DNA of 64,000 nucleotides from Vairimorpha necatrix (Eukaryota): NCBI GenBank assembly GCA_036630325.1, contig CP142736.1, positions 496,001 to 560,000 of the forward strand, read 5' to 3'. Shown piece by piece: positions 24,252 to 34,504 of this stretch (position 1 is its first letter; each line of letters starts with the position of its first letter). The notes under the pieces were generated by a model. It saw only the letters and a program-made list of their open reading frames with translations, ran no database searches and was not told where the DNA came from. The position numbers and the translations under genes were made by a program.

Positions 24252-26911
24252 TGTTTATTTAAGATATCTAAGGGGTTATAAAAATAGAAATTTATAAATA
24301 TTCAACATTCCTCCTTTCTTATAGAAAGTATACAAGTATTTTGAGTTGAAAGGCATGTCTCTTAAGTCTTTTTCCTTTTGATAGTACAATGTAAGCATTG
24401 TTTTCTAGCCGTTCTACAATCTGTCCTCTATCTTTAACTTCGGCTGTCATTTGGCCACTGCAAATTCATTCTTTATTATTACTTGATCGTTTTCCTTAAA
24501 CACTTCTTCAATCTCTTTATGCTCGTTTGCCTTATTAAACATTATAATTTCTTCATACTGTTTCTCTTTTATTTTTGTTTTATTTTCCTTTTTACAAGCT
24601 TCATTTGGAGACATTCCTAGTTTCGAGGGACTGATATTATTGTGAGCCTCTAACATTTTCAATAGTTTTATTTAAGTTTAGATTTCCCTCCTGTTTGTAA
24701 ACTTCTTCCTGGACAGTTCTATTAAATCTTTCTACTCGTCCATTCGACTGATGGTGAAAGGGTGTTGTATATGTAACTTTCAATTTATTCTCTATGGCCC
24801 AGTTATTTACTTTACTACTTAGATTCTCTTTTGATGAATCCATTATCAACTCCTTTATTGTTATTTGTTTGTTAATTTTCTTTATAAAATCCACAATCTT
24901 TTGACTATCTCTCGTAGTAATAGCTTTCCCAAACCCTTTTCGACTAGAGTAATCAATTCCTGTTATTATATATTGTTTATTTATAGGTCCTATAATGTCT
25001 ATAGCTACCTTTTCTTCCGCAGAATACGCTTCGACGAACAAAAAGGCTTTTCCCCTTTTTAAATTGTACATTTTACACCTTATACATTTTTTTAACTCTT
25101 CCTTCACTAATTTTTCCATAATATGCTACGTATATTCCTTTTTAAGTTCTTCAATACTATTTTTGCACCACGACGTACTAACTTCTCATGTTTATCTTTA
25201 AAAAGTTCCCTTTTAATGTCATCAGTTAAGTCTTGAATTTCATTTACGACTTGCGCATCCATTTGGTATAGGCGAGATATGTAGTTCAAATGTGCCATCT
25301 CGACACCCCTTTTATATTTTACTGTGAAATTATATTGGCTAAGTCTGTCAAGCCACCTTTATATTCGTTGAGAGCCTATTTCTCCTTTGTTCAACACTTC
25401 CAAAACTTATTGTACGTTATTACTTCAAATACATTCCTGTATAAAAAATAGTTAAAATTCTCCATTCCCCATAAAACTGCTAAGCATTCCTTTTCACTGA
25501 TACTGTAGTTCATCTCAGCCGGTAAAAGTCTTCTTGAAGCATACGAAATATGATAAATTGTTTCGCCTTGTTTTTGTGAGAGAATTACACCAACTCCCGA
25601 ATTGCACGCGTCTGTTTCAAGTATAAAAGGGTTAGTATAGTCAGGTTAGTATAATGCTATATTCGATTTTATGATGGTTTTAATCTTATTGAAAGCCTTA
25701 TCATCATGTTCTCCCCAACTGAACTTTCTATCCTTTTTAAGTAAATCATACAAGCATCCTGCAATACTTGAACACACGGGAATAAATTTTCTAAAAAAAT
25801 TGATAAAGCCAAGAAATTCTTGCAATGATCTAATATCATGTGGCGGGGGTTTTTCATAAATGTCTTGGCTGGTTTTCCTTTTGGGTTTACAAAAATTTTT
25901 ACAAGCTCCTGTTTTCCGAATAATATTTAAAATTTAGCGACCCTAGACAAAATAAAGAGTTCTATTTTATATATCTTATTCATATATTTAAATTCTAACT
26001 CTACTATCTCTCTTACTTGAAACTTTTCATCTAAACACGTAAAAAAGCTCAATGGCTTTTTCCTCCCTAATATTTGTAATTTTAATTCTCTAACTGCACA
26101 ATGTGAAATGAAATTATAACTAGAACCAGAATCGAAAATAACAGGCACGCTATTACTTTTAACAACGACGTAATTAGTTTCATTTTCGTAAAATGCAGAC
26201 CTTTCTTCTAATATCTCTTCAGTATTGGCTACTACCTCATGTACTTGCTTACTTGCACCAGTGTCTTTATTTCTATTCCGAAAATAGCAACTTGTAGAAA
26301 CGTGTCCTGGCTTTTTACAAATGAAGCAGGTCGAAGTTTTTCTTGGAGTTTCTTTTAAGCTTAAATTTTTGAAAGAAAGGCCAAATCGGCTTCTTTCTCC
26401 ATTTCTTCAATAATTTCATAGAATTCCTCATCCGTCTTATATTTACTGGATAAAAACATTTTTATGAGTTTATATCGGGGTTAATGCCGTTTTTTAAAAT
26501 TTTCCTTCTATCTTTTTCTTCAACATTAAAATTTTAACACAATTTTATCGTTTCCTTAATAGATACATAAACAGACTCATTGCCCATTTGTTTCTTAGAG
26601 CAAAGGTCCACTATAGATATTTTCGTACAAAATACTCTAGTGCTGCTATTCTCCAATCTTCATAGCTAAAACTTGTTTTCCTTTTATTCCCAAATTTCTC
26701 CAGATGCCAGTCTAAAACGGTTTCGTCAAACCTACTGATAAAGTCATCCATTTTGTCTTCGTTGGTATTTTTACTCCATCTACTAAGAGCCTCTGCTCTT
26801 TTTATCTCATGAGTTATGTTGTTTTTTGTTATTTTATAATTTATATTATCCACCATGTTTATTTAAGATATCTTAGGGGTTATAAAAATAGAAATTTATA
26901 AATATTCAACA
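24252..26911 (-). mobile_element. Gypsy element with 56-bp LTRs and the RT core deleted
   Basis: LTRs 24252-24307 and 26856-26911. TSD TAAGC. PBS TGGTGGATAAT at 26845-26855. gag, PR (IFDSGS), RNase H and IN fragments present; no YxDD region. Confidence 0.92.
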
Positions 26912-26980
26912 TAAGCAATTTCATTTAGACTCGTCTGCCGTTTCAAACGAGCTTTACGATGTCTAGCATTTATAGTGAAT

Positions 26981-27604
26981 GTCACCGTTCGGAGCGGACG
27001 CCAGGGAAAATGCTTATTTGAGAAGGGTAAAAAATTAAAAAAAAATTACCCGTTCGGAGCGGACGCCAGGGAAAATGCTTAGTTGAAAAGGGTAAAAAAT
27101 TAAAAAAAAATTACCCGTTCGGAGCGGACGCCAGGTAAAATGCTTACTTGAGAAGGGTAAAAATTTAAAAAAAATTGATGGTTGTTTGTAATTTGTATTT
27201 AAAATTTCTTTAATTTTAAGGGCATAAAAATAAAATTGAATAACAATGAAAGACAAGAAGTTTTTGCCTTTTTACAGACTGGTATTGTAATAGACATAAT
27301 ACAATTTAATAAAGTAAAATTATGCAAATAAGTGATAATGATATTATAATAGAAGAAATAAGTACTAGAGATCTAAGGTTGCTTGGTAATGAATAAAGTA
27401 CTAAAAACTTTGTTTATTTTATTTTTCTCCTTTTTTCAATATTCCCTCCCATTATTATAAAAAAAATAGCAAAAATTTACCCCTCAAAAAATCGAGACAA
27501 AACTTTGGTTATCATTTAAGACGAACATTTATTTGCTCTTATTTTTTGGTTCGATCCTCACTGAAGAGAATTTTTTACCCCTGGCGTCCGCTCCGAACTG
27601 TGAC
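26981..27604. mobile_element. Non-autonomous TIR element (MITE), superfamily unclear
   Basis: TIR GTCACCGTTCGGAGCGGACGCCAGGG / CCCTGGCGTCCGCTCCGAACTGTGAC. Flanked by AGTGAAT on both sides. Three 65-bp tandem units at the left end. Confidence 0.85.
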
Positions 27605-28758
27605 AGTGAATATTTCAGATATGCATTGTTTTCACTTTTTGCACATCAAAACGATATTCTTTAATTCGATTGCTATTGTTTTCCTGTCTTTTCTTACCAT
27701 AAAGGGAAAAAACTCAAATTTTTATGGCACTATAGAAATGCAAAAATAAGAATATAGAAATTCAAACATAAGAATATAGAAATGCAACCCCTTTGAATGC
27801 TATATTGTTTTGACGCTATTGGTTTTATCTTACATCATAGTGCTTATGGTCAATACAAGTCATAAGTGTCATCTTCTGATCAATAAACATTAAGTCCATC
27901 AAAATGTTTCTAGTGTTCTTTATGTTTCTACGAATCTTTCCCCCTTAAACTTTTTTGATCATTTTGAACACACGATTTACAGTTTTTTTCAATGGTTTGT
28001 AATCGATTCTGTCCTTTTTAGCAATAATAGTTCTTTTTTACTTAAAAAGTAATGGCACCTATTATACCATGTTCGGCGTTTACTTCGGGAGCTTTACATA
28101 AATATCCTTTTCTTTTAAAAACTTCTAAAAATATCGTAATTCGTTTTCATTTACTTTATAATACCACTTCCCGTCAGAAGCGTCTAACACATTTTTATTT
28201 TTTATTCTAAGTCTGTAACTCCTTCAGGATCCTCATAAATTCGACTGATTGCATCGGCGTCTATTAGTTCTTTTTCTTTCAGATATTCAATTTTGAATTC
28301 GCAATCCAGTAATTTTTCGGCTCTAGGGCCTATTCCCGGGTATTTTTTTTGTTTAAAGGGGGAACCCTTTAAACAAAAAATTATAGAAAAAAAAAGAAAT
28401 CTTAATTATTTATTTCGAATTAAAAGTTTTAAGAGAGTTAAAAAGGCGTTTTTATAGGCTTTTGAATCATAAAATTTTGAATTTCTTCTCCTCCAAACAT
28501 ATTCTTCTATATACCCTGGCATTGATAACCTGGTATTCCTTTCCTCGTTTTGATGTCCGATTTGAAATGAGACTGTGGTGCGAGCTGCCTTCCTGGCCGC
28601 TCGGCTTGTTTAAATAGTTTACTTTTGTATAATTTTTATTGACTCTTTTAGTTTTCATAACTTGGTGAAGGGCTAGAAATTCATCCTTTTATGTTTTATT
28701 TTTAATAAATGTCAAGCATGTCAATTATTGGAGGGAAAGCTGGTCTCTTATACAGCTT

Positions 28759-30027
28759 GGGTGAAGGATACTTTAGACCCCCCCCCTTTGAAGCGCTTCA
28801 ATTTTTTTTTTCGAACCCCAAAATTGAAGTGCAAAAAAAAATAGGAGCAAGAAAGGGACAAAAATTTCTTATCACTTTAAACATTAAAAACAACAAATAA
28901 ATATATATTCAGATACAAAATGTTATTAGAAACCAAGATATATTTATCAAAAACACTTTTTTATTATATTTATGAAGGGATTATTAGGATAATTTCTTTT
29001 AAAAGTAAAAAAATTAAGAAATAGATTTACATCTTTTTCAGTCCGATATCTTGCAGGAATCACTCTTTTTACACCAGCCCATGTTCCTTCAATTGTGTTG
29101 GTATGAACACCATTCTCAGGATTTATAAAACCAAGGGAATGGTTAACAGTATAGTGTTCGTATAAGCCTAATTGATTTAAATTTATATACCCTCTCCAAC
29201 AATCAGTATAAATAATACTTCCGGGATGTACATATTCTTTTATTAATCTTTCGAGAGTCACGGCTTTTCTATTTTTAACTTTAATTAAGACTAAGCCTCG
29301 TTCTGTAGTCCTTTCCACCATCCCAAGTATCCATACGCCGTCAACTTTGTGGCCTTTGTTGTATTTTCGCTTTCCGAATTTAGATTCGTCAATCTCCACA
29401 ATTATACCTGGACCTCCTATTTTTTTATTACCAGTTATATGCTTATTTAAGTTTCTGAAAATTCTATAAATTGTTTTTCGATTGAAACTATGAATTTTTT
29501 TAATAGTTTTTATGGCCGTATTTTCAACAAAAAGAAATATGACCTGGCATATTATCAGCCAAGGTAATTTAGCTCCATGAAAAGGTTTCTTGTTTGTTAT
29601 CGTAAATTCTTTTCTGCACCTTTTTGATGTACATCTCACTTGATTTTGTATTCCTATACGTCTTTGTACATTCCCATAACAAAGTGGACAAAACCTTGAA
29701 TTTAAAGTAGATATAATTACTTCCTCAAGTATTTTCTCAACGTCCTTGTATATTTCTGTCATTTTTAAGGGGAAAAAATGAAAATTATCATAAAATAAAA
29801 GAATTTGAATTTAGTTTGAAATTTTAAGTAGACACTTTTTATTTTTAGATATTGGTATAAAATTTAATTTTAAGTCGTTTTATATAATTATTTTGTATTT
29901 TTAATGTTTAAAGTGATAAGAAATTTTTGTCCCTTTCTTGCTCCTCTTTTTTTTGCACTTCAATTTTGGGGTTCGAAAAAAAAATTGAAGCGCTTCAAAG
30001 GGGGGGGGTCTAAAGTACCCCACCTCC
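28759..30027 (-). mobile_element. Intact Merlin transposon
   Basis: 9-bp TSD ATACAGCTT. TIRs of ~140 bp starting GG. Confidence 0.95.
28947..29762 (-). CDS. Merlin / ISXO2-like transposase (271 aa)
   Basis: CxxC...CxxxxC finger, VEIDESKFG, YTDCWRGY, VNHS, HTNTIEGTW. Confidence 0.95.
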   Translation of the reverse strand: MTEIYKDVEKILEEVIISTLNSRFCPLCYGNVQRRIGIQNQVRCTSKRCRKEFTITNKKPFHGAKLPWLIICQVIFLFVENTAIKTIKKIHSFNRKTIYRIFRNLNKHITGNKKIGGPGIIVEIDESKFGKRKYNKGHKVDGVWILGMVERTTERGLVLIKVKNRKAVTLERLIKEYVHPGSIIYTDCWRGYINLNQLGLYEHYTVNHSLGFINPENGVHTNTIEGTWAGVKRVIPARYRTEKDVNLFLNFFTFKRNYPNNPFINIIKKCF

Positions 30028-32178
30028 ATACAGCTTTCCATATTTTGACATTATTCCCTAGATTAGACATTTTCTTATTCGTCATTTGTTTGTTGACGAA
30101 GACGCATTTGTTTACGTCTATGACTCGGCTGTAATTGAGATATGACAGCCGGGGGGTTCGAGTATTAGAGTCTCACTGGGCTTGTCATAGGGACAGGAAG
30201 GATGTCGTGTGACACACTCCCCCCCCCCTTTCGAAGGATTCACTCTGCTGGATCTGATTCTTTAATCCACATGATATCCTTCCTATTCACTTTGTATTCT
30301 TTCTCGTCTAGTAAATAGTTCCTATACCGTCCACCTCCACCCAACCTTTTATTAAGTCTAGCAATTTCTCGCAGTTACTTTTAAATTTCCTAATTTTTTT
30401 AATCAATGATTTTTTCCTTTTAAATCTTTTATGGAATCTTTTGTCCCTTCTTCTCGTATATGACTGTTGATATTTTTTCTTTTTGTTTGGTGTATTATCT
30501 TTCATTTTGTTAAGCGTTTTTAATGGTTTATTTGTTAAAGGTATAAGCTGTCCTGGTTTAGTTATAGGTCCCACAAGTTTTTTCCCGCTTAAAGTTGATC
30601 TCAAGGGTTTCTGTTTGTTTTCTACTACCCCGCGTTGGGAAACACAGTCCACGTCATTTATTTTAACGCCTTCGTCTGTTAAAATTTGATTAACTTCTTT
30701 TGTCCTTTTGCGACTTTCGAGATTTTCTTCTTGTTCATCTCCTGTTATTTTACTTGGATGGTTCTTGAATTTCACTTCATCTTGTAAATGTTTAGTGTTA
30801 ATAATTAATTTTAAATTCAGTTTGGGCTTATTAAACATTTCTTTTTTACCTATAGATTTCTTTGTATCGTTTTTCCAACTTAATGTTACTGTCCTTACTC
30901 TTTAGTTCCTCAGCTTTTTTTGAAACCAGCACTGGCTTTTGTTTCTCGGGGTTATTTCTTTTCTTTCCCGTATGTGTGATGTAATCAAATAGTTCTAGTT
31001 TGTTGATTTCCTCTATCCCGAGTATCAGTTCCTCTTCTACTTCTTCTAGAACTTGACACTTTACTGCTTTTATGTCGTTTTTTCTTTTAATGTGGAGTGT
31101 AGTTTCTCCATAGACTGTCGTTTCTCCATTTATTCCCTTGATACTTAAATTCGTTGACGCAATGTGAACTTTTAACTGCTCAGCTATATCTTTTCTGATT
31201 ATCGAATCAGTTGCACCCGTGTCCAAGAGTGTGTTTATTTTTAAGGGCCCGGTTTGTAGTAGTACTCGCGGCCTGTCGTCATCTTTGTTGTTAATCGATG
31301 TAACAATTTGTATAGCTTTTGTTTTATAGTTCGGTTCAAATTCTCCTTTCACTCTCTTTTCATATATCATGTCTTTTGTATCATGATTATTTAGTTTACT
31401 TTTTACATTAAAGTTTATCTTCTGTTCGTATCTCTTACAGAAGTTGAGTATATCTCCTCAAGTAGTGCATCCCTCGATTTTATCTAATAAATAGTAATCG
31501 TTGCCTAGATACTCCATTATCTTATTAGTGGCATTTCTTATCTTCTTTTTGTTTCTTTCAGAAGATTTCATTAATTCGTATACGTATGTTATAATGTCTT
31601 GATATTTTGGGCCATTCAAGATTAAGTGCCAAAATACTTGTTCGTTGTCTTCGGCTTCTGGTGCCGGTAAATATTCTTCTTCAAATTCTTTTTTTGAAAC
31701 TCTCATAATCCCAAATTTCGAAGCCTTCCTTTGCTTCAAACCATGCAAGAGCTTTAAATTCGAGTTTAGTTTTGATTATTTTGAAGATTTGTTCTGGTGT
31801 TTTCTCACCCTCTAATTCAATAAATTGTTGTATGAAGTCTCTGGGGGTTTCTCCTCTAGTTCCCTTAAATTTATAAAATCTTTCTGTAGTTAGCATCCCT
31901 GCTAACTTTTTAATAACACTCCCTATGTTATCCTCGGCATTCGCGTTGTCGCCATTGTGGTGCGAGCTGCCTTCCTGGCCGCTCGGCTTGTTTATATAGT
32001 TTACGTTTGTATAATTTTTATTGACTCTTTTAGTTTTCATAACTTGGTGAAGGGCTAGAAATTCATCCTTTTATGTTTTATTTTTAATAAATGTCAAGCA
32101 TGTCAATTATTGGAGGGAAAGCTGGTCTCTTATACAGCTTTCCATATTTTGACATTATTCACTAGATTAGACATTTTC

Positions 32179-33335
32179 GGTTAAGTTCTCGACTTACCCC
32201 CCCCCCCACCCCTAAAAAAAATAAAAAAAGGGGAAAAAATAAAAAAAATAAAAAATTTGACCCATAATGAGAATTAAAGAATTTAGAAAACTCATCTATA
32301 AAAAAAATGAGTTAATGCAATTTTTAATTGCAAAAAACATTTTGAGGGTCCCTATGTGCAATAAATGCAATATACCAATGACTCAAAATCGGACCAACAC
32401 TGAAAACTATCGTTGTTATTCAAGACGTGATGGTAAAAAATGTTCTAACAAAGGAACCATAATGAAACAAAGCGTTTTCAAGAACTCAAAATTGCCTATT
32501 GAGGATCTTTTAATATTGCTTTTCGAATGGGTAAAGGGTTCAAGTAATTTGGCCGCCACGTTGGAACTTGATATAGGTAAATGTACGGTATCAAGATGGT
32601 TTACGCGTTTTAATAACGCCGTGTACGTCTCTTATTCAACATATATAAACAATCAAACGATTGGCGGCGTCGGTTGTATTGTTGAAATTGATGAAACTTT
32701 ACTTGTAAAAAGTAAAAACCATGCGGGAAGGGTTCTTCAATATCAAGTATGGGCAGTTGGAGGCGTTGTGAGAGGGGATGCAAATTCTTTTTTCTTTGAG
32801 ATCGTAGAAAATAGAACAAGAGCTACTCTTGTTGAATTAATTACAAGAAAAATTGCTCCGGGGACCACAATTGTGACAGATTGTTGGCGTGGATATAGTG
32901 ATATTCAAACAATCTGTGTAGAATATGAGTATCTACATTTGACTGTGAATCACAGCCAAAATTTTGTTGATAATATAACTGGTGCGCATACTCAGACTAT
33001 AGAGGGAATGTGGTCGGTTATTAAAAGAGAACTAAGAAAAGGCGGAACTAGTCATGGTACTATTATGAATCTTGTAAGAAAAATTTACATTAACAGATTC
33101 AAATTAATATATCGTGAAAATCTATTAGATAAAATGTTAGAATTTTTTCAAATAGGTAATTTTAGTATTGTAGCTTATGATATTATTCCTGAAATAGACT
33201 TTACAATTGTGGAATAATTTTTTTTGTTTTTTTTTTTTTTGGGGGGGGGGTTTTAAGTCGAGAATTAAACGTTTTTTTATTTTTTCCCCTTTTTTTATTT
33301 TTTTTAGGGGGGGGTTGTAAGTCGAGAACTTAACC
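32179..33335 (+). mobile_element. Intact Merlin transposon
   Basis: TIR GGTTAAGTTCTCGACTTAC. 9-bp TSD GACATTTTC. Confidence 0.95.
32267..33217 (+). CDS. Merlin / ISXO2-like transposase (316 aa)
   Basis: VEIDET, VTDCWRGY, VNHSQNF, HTQTIEGMW. Confidence 0.95.
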   Translation: MRIKEFRKLIYKKNELMQFLIAKNILRVPMCNKCNIPMTQNRTNTENYRCYSRRDGKKCSNKGTIMKQSVFKNSKLPIEDLLILLFEWVKGSSNLAATLELDIGKCTVSRWFTRFNNAVYVSYSTYINNQTIGGVGCIVEIDETLLVKSKNHAGRVLQYQVWAVGGVVRGDANSFFFEIVENRTRATLVELITRKIAPGTTIVTDCWRGYSDIQTICVEYEYLHLTVNHSQNFVDNITGAHTQTIEGMWSVIKRELRKGGTSHGTIMNLVRKIYINRFKLIYRENLLDKMLEFFQIGNFSIVAYDIIPEIDFTIVE

Positions 33336-34504
33336 GACATTTTCTTATTCGTCATTTGTTTGTTGACGAAGACGTATTTGTTTACGTCTATGACTCGGCT
33401 GTAATTGAGATATGACAGCCGAGGGGTTCGAGTATTAGAGTCTCACTGGGCTTGTCATAGGGACAGGAAGGATGCCGTGTGACAGAGACCACTCACATTC
33501 TATTAAATTAGTGTAGTCTTTATCAGCATTGGTGAATCCTTCCTCATGGTTCACGATTTTATGTACTCCGCCAATCCCAGCAACAGCGTATAAGTAGGAT
33601 CTGTGCCCATCTGTTTTTATTACAGACATAGGACTAATATTTTCAGAGAAAAAGTCGAAGAAAGTTTCTTTTTTTCTATTTGGTAAAACTTTAAGAACTA
33701 GTTTTTTCTTCTACTACGCCAATTATCCAAGTAGCTTTACAATTGAATCATACATTTCAGATAGTGACTTAATAAGTTTTCCTTTTATTATAACACTCTC
33801 ATCCACTTGTATTGGGTTCTCTGGCCCCAATTTCTGGCATGTATTCTTATTATCTTCAGTTATTACTTCTATAATATTTTTTTTAATTTTTTTATAGTAT
33901 TTAAAGAAACCGAAGTATTTTTATTAATATTATATTCATAATTTTTTTCGAGCCATAAATATATTTTAAATAAGTATTCGCTTGTGTCTATCTTTGGACT
34001 TGAAATTTTTAGCCCCTCTAAAACTGATTTGGATTTTCTACACAATAAGTTAGTACATCTGAATCGAAAACCGTTCGAATAAAAAAAATCATGTTCCAAA
34101 ACCATGCTCTCATAACGTTTCGAGACAGTTTTAAATTCTTCAAGTAAGCCATGCCTTTGAATAAAGCCCATGGCTGCTTCATTTGAAGAAAAAATGTCAG
34201 ATCTCGAATTTTTTGGTTCTTCTTCAAAATTATTCATTTTTTGGGGGTTGTAAAAATTTCCCAGTTTAGGGCCTATTCCCGGGAAATGTCGTCTTTTTTA
34301 CGTTCGTTACCCGGGAATAGGCCCTAGCGCCTCTGTTATTACTTTAAACTTTTTTCCACGTAGATAATAAAAAACGAGCAATACTCTATATCATAGCCAG
34401 AAATTTCTTTTCTGTGATTCCATATTTTTAAACGACTTCTGTCAATTTCTTTGATGTCCAATCTACAACTTCAATCTCGTAATTATGCTCTTGTTGTAAA
34501 CATG

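Larger units (their letters stand above)
21457..27795 (-). mobile_element. Degenerate Tc1/IS630-like transposon hosting several insertions
   Basis: LLDETGF (21954-22163). Collinear with the 59507-63086 element. TIRs of decayed TTTCTATATTC repeats. N-terminus near 27700. Ends approximate. Confidence 0.8.
28574..33484 (-). mobile_element. Non-autonomous LTR element: Gag + protease + basic ORF, 363-bp LTRs
   Basis: TSD GAGAC. LTRs 28574-30214 and 31956-33484, each 363 bp after removing a Merlin and its TSD. PBS TGGCGACAAC at 31945-31954 (tRNA-Ser type). G-run PPT at 30219-30228. LLDTGA in 30846-31370. No RT or IN core. Confidence 0.9.
28319..34331 (-). mobile_element. Merlin transposon (pseudogene) split by an LTR element
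   Basis: TIR GGC(T/G)CTAGGGCCTATTCCCGGGTA at both ends. Transposase 34237 down to 33485 (TDGHRSY, VNHEEGF, NLIECEW) resumes below 28569. No TSD. Confidence 0.88.
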
